A program made the translations under genes and the position numbers. A stretch of DNA of 64,000 nt. Source: Smithellaceae bacterium (GTDB lineage Bacteria > Desulfobacterota > Syntrophia > Syntrophales > Smithellaceae). Of the stretch, positions 53,995 to 62,590 are shown in pieces; position 1 is the first letter of the stretch; each line of letters begins with the position of its first letter. The stretch covers positions 832,001 to 896,000 of the forward strand of contig CAXXVL010000002.1 in NCBI GenBank assembly GCA_963667845.2. The letters are read 5' to 3'. The notes below the pieces were generated by a model. The model was given only the letters and a program-made list of their open reading frames with translations. It was not told the origin of the DNA and searched no databases.

Positions 53995-54090
53995 TCCCGC
54001 TCACGCGGGACGAGAGTTGATTCCCGGTCGCTTGTTGCGAAATAATGAAGTTCATTTCATCCTCGACAGCTTGCTGCGAGGTGGTTGATT
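53994..54090. repeat. REP-like repeat, copy 1
   Basis: ATCCCGCTCACGCGGGACGAG identical to 55399-55419, plus a shared GCTTGCTGCGAGGT.GTTGATT tail. Confidence 0.8.
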
Positions 54091-54110
54091 AAGAAAGGAA
54101 GGAGAAGGAC

Positions 54111-55316
54111 ATGGCGGGAGCTGAACTGATTGGTCAGGAAGAAATTAGAGAAGTGATGGATGTGCTCGAAACCGGCATTCTGATGCGTTATAATTTTGAT
54201 AAGGAAAGAAAAGGCGTTTTCAAAGTCCGCCAGTTTGAAGAAGAGTTTGCTAAATACTGCGGCGTGAAATATGCGCTCGGTGTAACCTCCGGTTCGTCCG
54301 CGCTCAAAGTGGCGCTGACGGCAATGGATGTGTGTCCGGGCGATGAAGTGCTGGTGCCGGCCTTCACATTTTTGGCGACTTATGAAGCCGTGTTGGAAGT
54401 GGGCGCCATCCCCGTGATGTGCGACATCGACGATACGCTCAATTTTGATCCCAATGAAATTGAAAAGAAGATGACCAAGTACACCAAGGCCGTCATTCCC
54501 GTCCATATGTGCGGTTTGGCAGCGAACATTGACAGGATTATAAAGATTGCCCGCAAGAACAAATTACTGGTGCTGGAAGACAATGCCCAGGGCTGTGGTG
54601 CGAGCTTCAAAGGCAAAAAGCTGGGCGGCTTTGGCGATATGGGAATCTTCAGCTTTGATTATGTAAAAACAGTAACGACCGGCGAAGGTGGGATGGTGAT
54701 TTCCAATAAGAAAGATTTGTATCTCCGGTCGGAATGGTATCATGACCACGGCCACGATCATAATCCCAAAGTCGGCCGGGCGCTCGAAGGCAGAACCATT
54801 CTGGGGTTCAATTACCGGATGAATGAACTGCAAGGCGCATTAGGCTTGGCTCAGTTGAGGAAATTGGATTACCTCATCGGCGAGCAGAAGAAAAATAAAA
54901 AGATAATAATGGACGTTCTTGCCGCAGCCCTCCCGGATGTCGGGTTTCGCGCCAAACGCGATCCGGAAGGAGATTCCGCAACATTTTTGGCGTTTAACCT
55001 TCCGGAAGAAAAAGCGGCGCTCAAATTTCAGAAACTGCTTTCCGCCGAAGGACTCGACACCACCTGCTACAAGAGCAACAAGTGGCACTATGTGCCCAAC
55101 TGGGAACATTTCCTGGCATTTTCCACCGCCAACTCCAAGAAGTTCCCCTTTAAGAGCAAGGACTACAAGGGCAAAGTCAAATATTCCCGCAAAAATATTC
55201 CTTTTGCGGAAGACATTTTAGGCCGCACGCTCGTTATGGGTATTTCCGTGAAGATGAGTCCGGAAAGAATGGACAACATCCGGAGAGCGATCGAAAACGC
55301 TGCCAAAAAAATGTAG
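54111..55316 (+). CDS. DegT/DnrJ-family PLP aminotransferase, KdnA-like
   Basis: RYNFD, VHMCG, SFDYVKTVTTGEGG, DHGHDH, DPEGDSA.FL.F, WHY..NW. Confidence 0.9.
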   Translation: MAGAELIGQEEIREVMDVLETGILMRYNFDKERKGVFKVRQFEEEFAKYCGVKYALGVTSGSSALKVALTAMDVCPGDEVLVPAFTFLATYEAVLEVGAIPVMCDIDDTLNFDPNEIEKKMTKYTKAVIPVHMCGLAANIDRIIKIARKNKLLVLEDNAQGCGASFKGKKLGGFGDMGIFSFDYVKTVTTGEGGMVISNKKDLYLRSEWYHDHGHDHNPKVGRALEGRTILGFNYRMNELQGALGLAQLRKLDYLIGEQKKNKKIIMDVLAAALPDVGFRAKRDPEGDSATFLAFNLPEEKAALKFQKLLSAEGLDTTCYKSNKWHYVPNWEHFLAFSTANSKKFPFKSKDYKGKVKYSRKNIPFAEDILGRTLVMGISVKMSPERMDNIRRAIENAAKKM

Positions 55317-55363
55317 GTTTCTTTTCCTTCTTTCAGGAAAAGGAAGGCTCAGGAAGGATCTTT

Positions 55364-55398
55364 ACGCCGTGCTGAATCATATCAGCACGGCGTTTTTT
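55364..55398 (+). terminator. Intrinsic terminator after the aminotransferase gene
   Basis: ACGCCGTGCTGA-atcata-TCAGCACGGCGT-TTTTT. Confidence 0.9.
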
Positions 55399-55456
55399 AT
55401 CCCGCTCACGCGGGACGAGCGTTAATTCTCTGAAGCTTGCTGCGAGGTTGTTGATT
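55399..55456. repeat. REP-like repeat, copy 2
   Basis: 21-bp exact match to 53994-54014 and a tail matching 54068-54090. Confidence 0.8.
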
Positions 55457-55481
55457 CTGGGCGAAAGCAAACGCCTCGTCC

Positions 55482-55871
55482 TCAATCCACATCAGCGCCT
55501 CGCTCTAAAAGCAGGGCGCGCAGTACGGATCGGTGACAGTGAGTTTCATCAGCGCAATAGCAGCCTACAGAAAAATTTGTCTGATGCGATAATGCTGCGA
55601 ACAGATCAAACGTTCTGCTGTTCTCCGGCGCAGACATTTCGGCACGGTATTTTCGGAAGAAAATATTCCATTCGCTTTGTGTCTGCGCCGCCTGCCCCTG
55701 TTTCATGGTTTCTGGGCTTGGCGACAGATTCGGGAACCAGACATCGTACCAGTTTTGAGTTGAATACTCGTTTTTCGGGACGCTACGCGGGGGACGCCGG
55801 ACCGTTCCGATACGCAGTCCCTCATTTTCGGATCTGCTTGTTCCCAGACGAATGATCCGTATAGTCATCAA
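55482..55871 (-). CDS. DUF488 family protein
   Basis: GLRIGTVRRPPR, LSPS, GCYC.DE..CHRS.L. Confidence 0.85.
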   Translation of the reverse strand: MMTIRIIRLGTSRSENEGLRIGTVRRPPRSVPKNEYSTQNWYDVWFPNLSPSPETMKQGQAAQTQSEWNIFFRKYRAEMSAPENSRTFDLFAALSHQTNFSVGCYCADETHCHRSVLRALLLERGADVD

Positions 55872-55883
55872 TCACCTCCCGGG

Positions 55884-56420
55884 TTAGAAAAAAAGCAAGA
55901 AACCGTTGGCAAAATAAAGCAGCCCGACGGCGCCAGAAGCAGCACCGGCCATCCAGACCAGTTTCTTCTTCATCAATGCCGCGATGGATGAAAGCAGAAT
56001 AGCGATTTGCAGAAAGATGACGGCAATGCCGAAAATGCCCGTATGTTTCTGAGCGTCATCCCTTTGCGCCTCCAGCCGCTTTGCTTCTTTGGAGATTTCA
56101 GCTTTTTCCGAGTCATATCTCTTGATCTTCTGGGTATAGATTTCGATTTTCTTTTCGTATTCGGCAACAGCCGCCTTGGACATAGACATCTTGCGGGCTT
56201 TCATCTCCAGTTCCAAAGATTCTTTCTGATTTTCATACAGATATCCTTTGATGCTTTTAGACTGATAATACGCCCACTGGTTGGCGGCCTGCGTCTGGGA
56301 CAACACCGATCTCGTAGAAAAACCGGCGCCTTTAAACGTAGAAAGGGTCGCGCAAACCGCGAAAATAATCGTTGTCAGCGCAAGATAATTCAACCATTTT
56401 TCTTTTGGTTCTTCAGCCAT
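55884..56420 (-). CDS. DUF4337 family membrane protein
   Basis: ALTT..FAV, QWAYYQSKSIK, FLQIAILLSSIA. Confidence 0.85.
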   Translation of the reverse strand: MAEEPKEKWLNYLALTTIIFAVCATLSTFKGAGFSTRSVLSQTQAANQWAYYQSKSIKGYLYENQKESLELEMKARKMSMSKAAVAEYEKKIEIYTQKIKRYDSEKAEISKEAKRLEAQRDDAQKHTGIFGIAVIFLQIAILLSSIAALMKKKLVWMAGAASGAVGLLYFANGFLLFF

Positions 56421-56442
56421 TCTTAATTCTCCTCCAATAAAA

Positions 56443-57489
56443 TTATTGCCAAAATGATGGATCGATCAAGATTCCGTCCGTGAGATTGACATCCACGAGC
56501 CGAACTTCCTCGATATCCAGTTTTTTCATAAAACCCAAGACCAAGATCAAATTGGAAACGTCTGTATCGGCATACGGGCCTCCGATTTGAGCATCGTCCC
56601 AATCAACCCTTTCTTTTATGGCTTTCATAAGATCCTCTCGGGTATAGGCGGTTACTTTCCCTATTTGTTTTCGGATACTCTGATTGTGCACGCCGCCGAT
56701 GCCGATAACGGTTGATCCCGTCTGATAAAGGTAACTCTTCAACTCATCCGGGACCTCCGAAGCCGCTTCTGTGGCTATATCAAGCGCCGCGTTGAGGTTG
56801 GGGCTGCCGATCGGATTGGGCGATTTTTGCCAGGCTGTTTTGTGATCAATTTTTTCGAGAAGTTGATTTTTAAAAGATATAGAAGCCAAATGTCCGCGAT
56901 AGATCCGATAATACGGATCTTTATCCTTCACAATTATTTGCATAGAATTACCGCCAATATCCCACACGACAATATTTTCCAAAGTGCTTGGGGCTTGTGT
57001 CATTGCAGCCTTGTAGCCCAGGATCGCCTCTTCATCCTGCGAGATCGTTCTAATATTGATTCCGGTCTTTTCATTGATTTCCGCAAGGAACTGAGGAGTA
57101 TTATCGGCCTGTCGAAATGCGGCCGTGGCTACGCCTGCGAAAGACCGCACACCGTGAGCGAGTGCTTCTTTTTTCAAAACGGTCAGCTGTTCCAGACCTT
57201 TGTCACGGATGTCGCGATTCAGCAGGTGATGACGTGTGTTTTCAGCAAAGGGAACTTTGATTTCCTTTTGCTCAATGACCCTGATAACGGACTGAGAGCA
57301 TTTATCTACATTCGCCACTTTCATTTTCATAGTGGCGGATCCGATGTCGAATGCCGCTCGCTGCTCGATGCAAAATTTCTGGGAAAGTGACGAGCATCCG
57401 GTTATTAGAACGATGCTTAAAACTAAAATGAATAGACGAAAACGTGTTTGAGCGGTAAACGACCATTTCTTTATTCTTGTGCCGGGCAT
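56443..57489 (-). CDS. Ppx/GppA-family (ASKHA) phosphatase-like protein with lipoprotein signal
   Basis: ITG-C lipobox; FDIGSA, VATAAFR, ISQDEEA, WDIGGNS; start 57489 or 57537. Confidence 0.8.
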   Translation of the reverse strand: MPGTRIKKWSFTAQTRFRLFILVLSIVLITGCSSLSQKFCIEQRAAFDIGSATMKMKVANVDKCSQSVIRVIEQKEIKVPFAENTRHHLLNRDIRDKGLEQLTVLKKEALAHGVRSFAGVATAAFRQADNTPQFLAEINEKTGINIRTISQDEEAILGYKAAMTQAPSTLENIVVWDIGGNSMQIIVKDKDPYYRIYRGHLASISFKNQLLEKIDHKTAWQKSPNPIGSPNLNAALDIATEAASEVPDELKSYLYQTGSTVIGIGGVHNQSIRKQIGKVTAYTREDLMKAIKERVDWDDAQIGGPYADTDVSNLILVLGFMKKLDIEEVRLVDVNLTDGILIDPSFWQ

Positions 57490-57778
57490 TTGTTGTGTTC
57501 CTGACGTCGAAGTATTTTCGCCATTCCATAATACCAAACAGGTTGTTTCTTATATTTGCTTGAGTAATGATTGTCAATAACTGCCATTGTGATATAATCG
57601 CACATCTTTTGAGGCAAGGGAAACAAGTCGTTGTCTGAAACCCCGGCGACGAGATTACTTCCCTGGCCGGAGGCCAAATAGCCGCGGTTCAAGTTTGCCC
57701 CTTGTCCTACCGCTGCAAGACACGTGATGCCGAGGATTGTTTGTAGAATCCCAAAGAGTGTAAAAGAGATCATCCGCA

Positions 57779-58213
57779 ATGACAGGGAAAATATTTAGCA
57801 AATCAGGCACTTTTCTTATCATGGTCTTTTTTGTATTTTTGGGCTGTGCATGGGCGCAGCCCAAAAATCAAGCCCGTCCGACAGTCGGCGGCCCCTGTCA
57901 GTATAAAACCTATCCCGGTCAGGCGACAATCATTTCCATTACACAGAGCAAGGACCATAACCAGTCGGAAACTGCACAATTTGAAGTTAAATTCTCATTT
58001 ACCCCTGGTCAGATAATAGAAGAAAAATTTGCCCGCGTCGAGGGAAAGGCATTTAATCTCTACGGAGAGAATTTTCAGTATCCGGACAGGCAATTTTTAA
58101 CAAGAAACAGTATTCATGTCGGCACCGTCTTGGAGGGCTATCTCAATGTGATCGTGTCGGGAACGTGCACGCCGCTGCTGTTTGAATTTCCGGATTTAAA
58201 ACAAGAGAATTAA
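57779..58213 (+). CDS. Secreted hypothetical protein
   Basis: Signal peptide; GGPC.Y..YPG and GTCTP motifs (possible disulfide). Confidence 0.75.
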   Translation: MTGKIFSKSGTFLIMVFFVFLGCAWAQPKNQARPTVGGPCQYKTYPGQATIISITQSKDHNQSETAQFEVKFSFTPGQIIEEKFARVEGKAFNLYGENFQYPDRQFLTRNSIHVGTVLEGYLNVIVSGTCTPLLFEFPDLKQEN

Positions 58214-58298
58214 AACTGCTGCCCGAAAAAATAACCCTATAGGGGGTTGCTCAGTTATATTAACCATAAAAAAGATCGTCCAGTAAGGAGAGTAGAAT

Positions 58299-59210
58299 AT
58301 GGAAGAGAAGCCCGTAAAATTGTTCAGGCGTTTATCCGGATTGTTCATGGTCTCGCTCGTCGTCATTTTTTCACTTTCAGTGTTGAACAGTTGCGGCAAA
58401 GATACATCTGCCTATGATCCCTACACGGCTTATTTGCAGGCATGTATCGATGCATCCAATATAACACCGAACAAAATATCCAAAAACCTGACGGCGATTA
58501 CTCCGGAAAACACCAATCTGGTCTGGGAAAACGGCGTTGTGGGGTCGCGCGTGTTGGTCGTCAGCTGGGTTGATCAAAATGCCTGCAACATTTATAAATG
58601 CCCTCCCGGAGGCTGTGCGCCAGCGGATACCTGTAAGGAGGGCCGAGAATGTCAGTACAGCCGGGATACGTATGTTACCCTCGCTCCGGAACTAAAGAAT
58701 TTCTTTGCGAAGGAAATCGCCACCCCTATGAGAATTGCACAGCTGCTTGGTTTGCCGCCGACGGATGCGGTAGACAAGGTTTGCTTTTTGGAAATGTGGG
58801 TTTCGCCAAGCGACTTGTTCCGGCCCTCGCCTGATCCCGAGATTACCGATCACGAAGCCCAGATCGATTTCCCGAGCGCAAAATTTAGTTCGCGCTTCCG
58901 TCAATACAGTTCAGCGGAACTGGTATTTGCCGATATGAATTGCGATCCCGAGATGTGTCCTTCGTGTAATGAATGGAATCAGTGCGGATATACAACCTAT
59001 GAGAGCTATATCAAAAATCGAAAAAAATATATCTTTACCACTGCCAAACCTTATCCCTGGACATCTCTGGGCTACACCTATGATTGGGGCAATCCTGTCA
59101 ACCATATAGGGTTGAGCGAATTTGTCGTCAACGGGAAGAAATTCGACGGGAGCAAAATTTCCATAGGCATCAAGGCTGTCACGCTGACGGCGGATTATTT
59201 TATTAATTAA
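58299..59210 (+). CDS. Cys-rich lipoprotein of unknown function
   Basis: LNS-C lipobox; QLLGLPP, WV.P.DLFRP, YPWTSLGYTYDW, GLSEF. Confidence 0.8.
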   Translation: MEEKPVKLFRRLSGLFMVSLVVIFSLSVLNSCGKDTSAYDPYTAYLQACIDASNITPNKISKNLTAITPENTNLVWENGVVGSRVLVVSWVDQNACNIYKCPPGGCAPADTCKEGRECQYSRDTYVTLAPELKNFFAKEIATPMRIAQLLGLPPTDAVDKVCFLEMWVSPSDLFRPSPDPEITDHEAQIDFPSAKFSSRFRQYSSAELVFADMNCDPEMCPSCNEWNQCGYTTYESYIKNRKKYIFTTAKPYPWTSLGYTYDWGNPVNHIGLSEFVVNGKKFDGSKISIGIKAVTLTADYFIN

Positions 59211-59255
59211 TATCGGGCGCGAAAGCAGACAAGCCCTGGATAACTGGAGGAACCT

Positions 59256-60488
59256 ATGCGACGACATTGTGTTTTCAATTTCTTGCTTATTCCCGCCATC
59301 GTAATTATGACGACTGCGATCGCCATATGCAAAACAGAGGCTCCGCCGATGCTGATGGACGCCCGGCAGAACGTAGCGGCGGAACTTGACCGGATGGATG
59401 CCAGTCTCAAGCAGACAGCACGCGTCCTCGGAACGACCGGGCTGACCGGTGATGCCGCCCGCGAATCACTTAACAAACTTTGCGCTAATTTTGACTACGC
59501 AGTGGACTGCGCGGCCGTTGATATGAGCGGGAAGATGGTCACCATCGAACCGGCGCCGTTTAGTTCGTTCGAAGGAAAGGACATCAGTGACCAGCAGCAG
59601 GTGCGCCGGATCATCAAAACCGGCAAACCGGTGTTGAGCAACGTCTTTCGCGCCGTAGAAGGTTTTCCCGCTGTGGATGTTGAATATCCGGTCGTGACCC
59701 CGTCCGGAAAACGGATTGGTTCGTTGAGCATCCTCATTCATCCGGAAAAACTGATTGGGAATGTTCTCGTTCCACTGATCGCGGGAACGCCTCTGGATGT
59801 CTGGGTGATGGAAAAAAGCGGTCGAATTCTCTACGACCGAGACGAGATGCAAATCGGGCTGAATCTTTTTACAGCCTCTCTGTACAAACCGTATAAAGGG
59901 CTGCTCCACGTCGGTCGACGCATTGCCGCAAACCGGGAAGGAAGCGGCGTTTATAAATTCCGCAGCGACACATCTCCGGAAATTTTGCAAAAGACGGCTT
60001 TCTGGAAGAGTGTATCTCTTTACGGCACGGAATGGCGTCTGGTTGCTATTCATGTGGAACAAAAAGGCCCGACGGGCATCCTCGTTCCGGCAAAAACAAT
60101 GAAGCAGAGATTGGAAGCATTGGCGTCATCACGCGTACTTATTCAAGCGCTGTCTGCCAGAGATAAAATCAAGGGAATGCAGCTATTGAAGGAGTTTTAT
60201 GAAAATACGCCGGGGATATACGCCGTGCAGTGGGTTGACGAAAAAGGGATTAACCGTTTCGGTTATCCGCCGACGAATAGTCTGATTGATTATGACTTCA
60301 ATGCTCTGCGGTCGGAGGAGGATCAAAACATGCTCAAGATGATTGACGCAAGAAAACCGGCGGCGCGGGAAGGACTGTTGATGGAAGGCAGAACCGGTAT
60401 TTTCATATTCGAACCGGTATTCGATCAGGAACGCTACCTGGGGATGGTCTACTATATCCGACTCGCCCAACAGCAGATGCAGCGATAG
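59256..60488 (+). CDS. Secreted Cache-domain protein with no output domain
   Basis: N-terminal hydrophobic segment; DISDQQQV...PVLSNVF.AVEG, GRILYD.D, WRLV; second Cache-like unit at the C-terminus. Confidence 0.75.
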   Translation: MRRHCVFNFLLIPAIVIMTTAIAICKTEAPPMLMDARQNVAAELDRMDASLKQTARVLGTTGLTGDAARESLNKLCANFDYAVDCAAVDMSGKMVTIEPAPFSSFEGKDISDQQQVRRIIKTGKPVLSNVFRAVEGFPAVDVEYPVVTPSGKRIGSLSILIHPEKLIGNVLVPLIAGTPLDVWVMEKSGRILYDRDEMQIGLNLFTASLYKPYKGLLHVGRRIAANREGSGVYKFRSDTSPEILQKTAFWKSVSLYGTEWRLVAIHVEQKGPTGILVPAKTMKQRLEALASSRVLIQALSARDKIKGMQLLKEFYENTPGIYAVQWVDEKGINRFGYPPTNSLIDYDFNALRSEEDQNMLKMIDARKPAAREGLLMEGRTGIFIFEPVFDQERYLGMVYYIRLAQQQMQR

Positions 60489-60514
60489 GCGTTCGGTCGT
60501 ATAAATTTATACTT

Positions 60515-60645
60515 TTCGCAAAACCAGGGGATCAGGTTGAACCTGGCTCAGATTCTACTCGGGTCCGTGCCGCAAAGAGCGAAGGCACACCCTAAAGAAC
60601 GGCGGGTGTCCGGATAGGATAGCCGGCGGGCCGATCCCGCTTTTA
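60515..60645 (+). ncRNA. Candidate structured small RNA (unassigned)
   Basis: Successive stems (CCAGG/CCTGG; GGGT..GTGCC/GGCAC.ACCC) ending in GCGGG-ccgat-CCCGC-TTTT. Confidence 0.3.
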
Positions 60646-60717
60646 AGCTATAACAGGAGAAGAGAGTAACATCAGGCATCGTTTTGGCGCAGGCAGTGAA
60701 AACCGCCGAATGAAAGG

Positions 60718-61065
60718 CTAAAGACTGATCACGTCTTTCAAGGCATTGACGTCGGCGCCAAAAAAAATCTTCCGGCCAATCTGGACGACCGGTCGGCGGA
60801 TGAAACGCGGTTCTGCCAGCATCATTTCTATCATTTTATCGTTTGTGAGTTTTTCTCGATTCATGCCCATCTTTCTGAAGCTGGGGCTTCGGAAATTAAA
60901 CATTTCGGATGCCGGCTTTCCCTGCAATAACTTTTCAATTTCAACACCTGTAAAGGGATCTTTAAAAAAATCCCGTTCAATAATTTCGAGCTTATTTTGC
61001 GAGAGGAACTCTCTCGTCTTACGACAGGTCGTTCACCTGCTCCAGCAATAAAAAAAGACTCTCAT
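60718..61065 (-). CDS. ArsC/Spx-family selenoprotein (UxxC)
   Basis: ATG 61065: MRVFFYCWSR-U(TGA 61035-33)-TTCRKTREFL...RDFFKDP...EPRFIRRPVV...FFG; contiguous frame of 115 aa. Confidence 0.88.
61000..61016 (-). promoter_or_regulatory. Bacterial SECIS-like hairpin
   Basis: CGAGAG-aguuc-CUCUCG starting 16 nt after the in-frame UGA, with G in the loop. Confidence 0.7.
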
Positions 61066-61095
61066 AATTGACCCCATTCACGATGTTGGTGGTTG

Positions 61096-62037
61096 CTATT
61101 TTTTGCCGAGCTGTGCGGCAAGCGCTTTGACCCTATTGAAATCCGGTGTATTGATGACCGCTTTTCTATCGGGGCTTTTCGCGGCCAATTCTTCCATCTG
61201 TTTCACTCTTTCCTCGTTGGGCGGGTGTGTGCTTAAAGCGTCGGAAAGGCTTTTCACCACGCCGTCCCCTCCTTTTCCGCTCTTCTCTATCTGCAAGAGC
61301 TTTTCATAAAATTTACCAACTTCGTTCTTATCATATCCCGTAGCGACTGCATATTTGAAACCGATGCGGTCGGCTTCCATTTCATCTTCGCGGGAATTGA
61401 CAAGGAATGTATATTTCTGTGCGAGCAATCCGCCGCCTGCACCAACAACGCCGCCGATGGCGGCCGCCTTTGCCAGGCACGCGGCATCGCCTTTATCACA
61501 AAGCAAGACTCCCAGACCAAGTCCGGCGGCGGCTCCGACAACCGCTCCGCCCGCCGCATATAGCCATGTCTTATTCTGAGCCTTTTCCATAGCATACATA
61601 CGTTCAGCGGCATGCCGGGCGACAACGTGGCCGATTTCATGGGCGACGACGCCGGCCAGTTCCGCTTCGTTGGAAGCCAGTGCAATGAGCGGCGCCGTCA
61701 CAAACACTGCTCCGGCGGGCATGGCAAATGCGTTGACATCGGCCACATCTACCACGGTGAATGAATAGTGGTAAGGATGACCTTCGAGATTGTTGGCTCT
61801 GACGATCTTCATGCCCAGATGCGAAATATATCTTTGCAGATCCGGATTTTCAGCGGCAGGGAAGTCCTTCGTCATTTTGGGAAGCGCTTCCTTGGTCAGG
61901 CGCTCTTCATCCTGAACGGTCAACTTGGTTTCCTGCCCCAGATTGGACCCTTCACGGTAACGGGAGCTGTTCGTCGGAGCACAGGACAGATTGGACAAGA
62001 GGAGCAATAGAGTCAATACGACAATGCGCTTTTTCAT
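61096..62037 (-). CDS. M48 family metallopeptidase lipoprotein
   Basis: LS-C lipobox, VNAFAMPAG, AHEIGH (HExxH), EMEADRIG, LSTHP. Confidence 0.93.
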   Translation of the reverse strand: MKKRIVVLTLLLLLSNLSCAPTNSSRYREGSNLGQETKLTVQDEERLTKEALPKMTKDFPAAENPDLQRYISHLGMKIVRANNLEGHPYHYSFTVVDVADVNAFAMPAGAVFVTAPLIALASNEAELAGVVAHEIGHVVARHAAERMYAMEKAQNKTWLYAAGGAVVGAAAGLGLGVLLCDKGDAACLAKAAAIGGVVGAGGGLLAQKYTFLVNSREDEMEADRIGFKYAVATGYDKNEVGKFYEKLLQIEKSGKGGDGVVKSLSDALSTHPPNEERVKQMEELAAKSPDRKAVINTPDFNRVKALAAQLGKK

Positions 62038-62190
62038 GTTTACTTTTCCCCTTCGAGTTATCAGAAAGAAAATCATCAGGGGAGTGCTCTGTCAAGATTT
62101 CGCCGCTCTGCCATATTGAAAGGCAATGTTGAACGAATCAAATAAATGTTACACGCATTGACGGCATCTTGGTGTATAATTAAAATAGAT

Positions 62191-62397
62191 ATGAAATCAT
62201 CACCTCTGAAGATACGGAACGTCGTTGTGGACGATGCAGTGAGTGGACCTTTCCTGTCCTTTTCGCATCTTGCCTCAGCCGTCGATTCGCAGGACATGCT
62301 GGATAACGATCAGAGCGCGGCTTACGGCTTTCCTCAGTCGCAAGAAGAAGATCTTTATGAAACCGGTTATTTATCAAAACTCTTTTTAAGGTGCTGA
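62191..62397 (+). CDS. Possible small hypothetical protein
   Basis: ORF after TATAAT at 62175-80; no recognisable motif or RBS. Confidence 0.3.
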   Translation: MKSSPLKIRNVVVDDAVSGPFLSFSHLASAVDSQDMLDNDQSAAYGFPQSQEEDLYETGYLSKLFLRC

Positions 62398-62590
62398 CAG
62401 CCTTAGGGATGCACAGATATCAGGGTTAATAAAGAACGAATTGCCGCTCGCTGATTTTTGATCTTCTTGAGATTGCCGCGTGCCTCACCTTTCGTCCAAG
62501 CCGCTTCGATGTACCTGAATCATTTGCTCTTTAAAATCATTTATGATACACGACCGTCAACTCTGAATTCTTTCTGCAAGTAGGTCATGG

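Noticed and set aside
60520..60560. TPP-riboswitch-like words (CTGAG, AACCTGATC) on the minus strand; partial ykkC/c-di-GMP-like words on the plus strand
   Set aside because: Order and spacing do not fit the consensus, and there is no downstream gene in a regulable orientation.
62392..62406. Cys-TGA at the end of a small ORF as a second selenoprotein
   Set aside because: TAG follows two codons later, and there is no SECIS-like hairpin or redox-family context.
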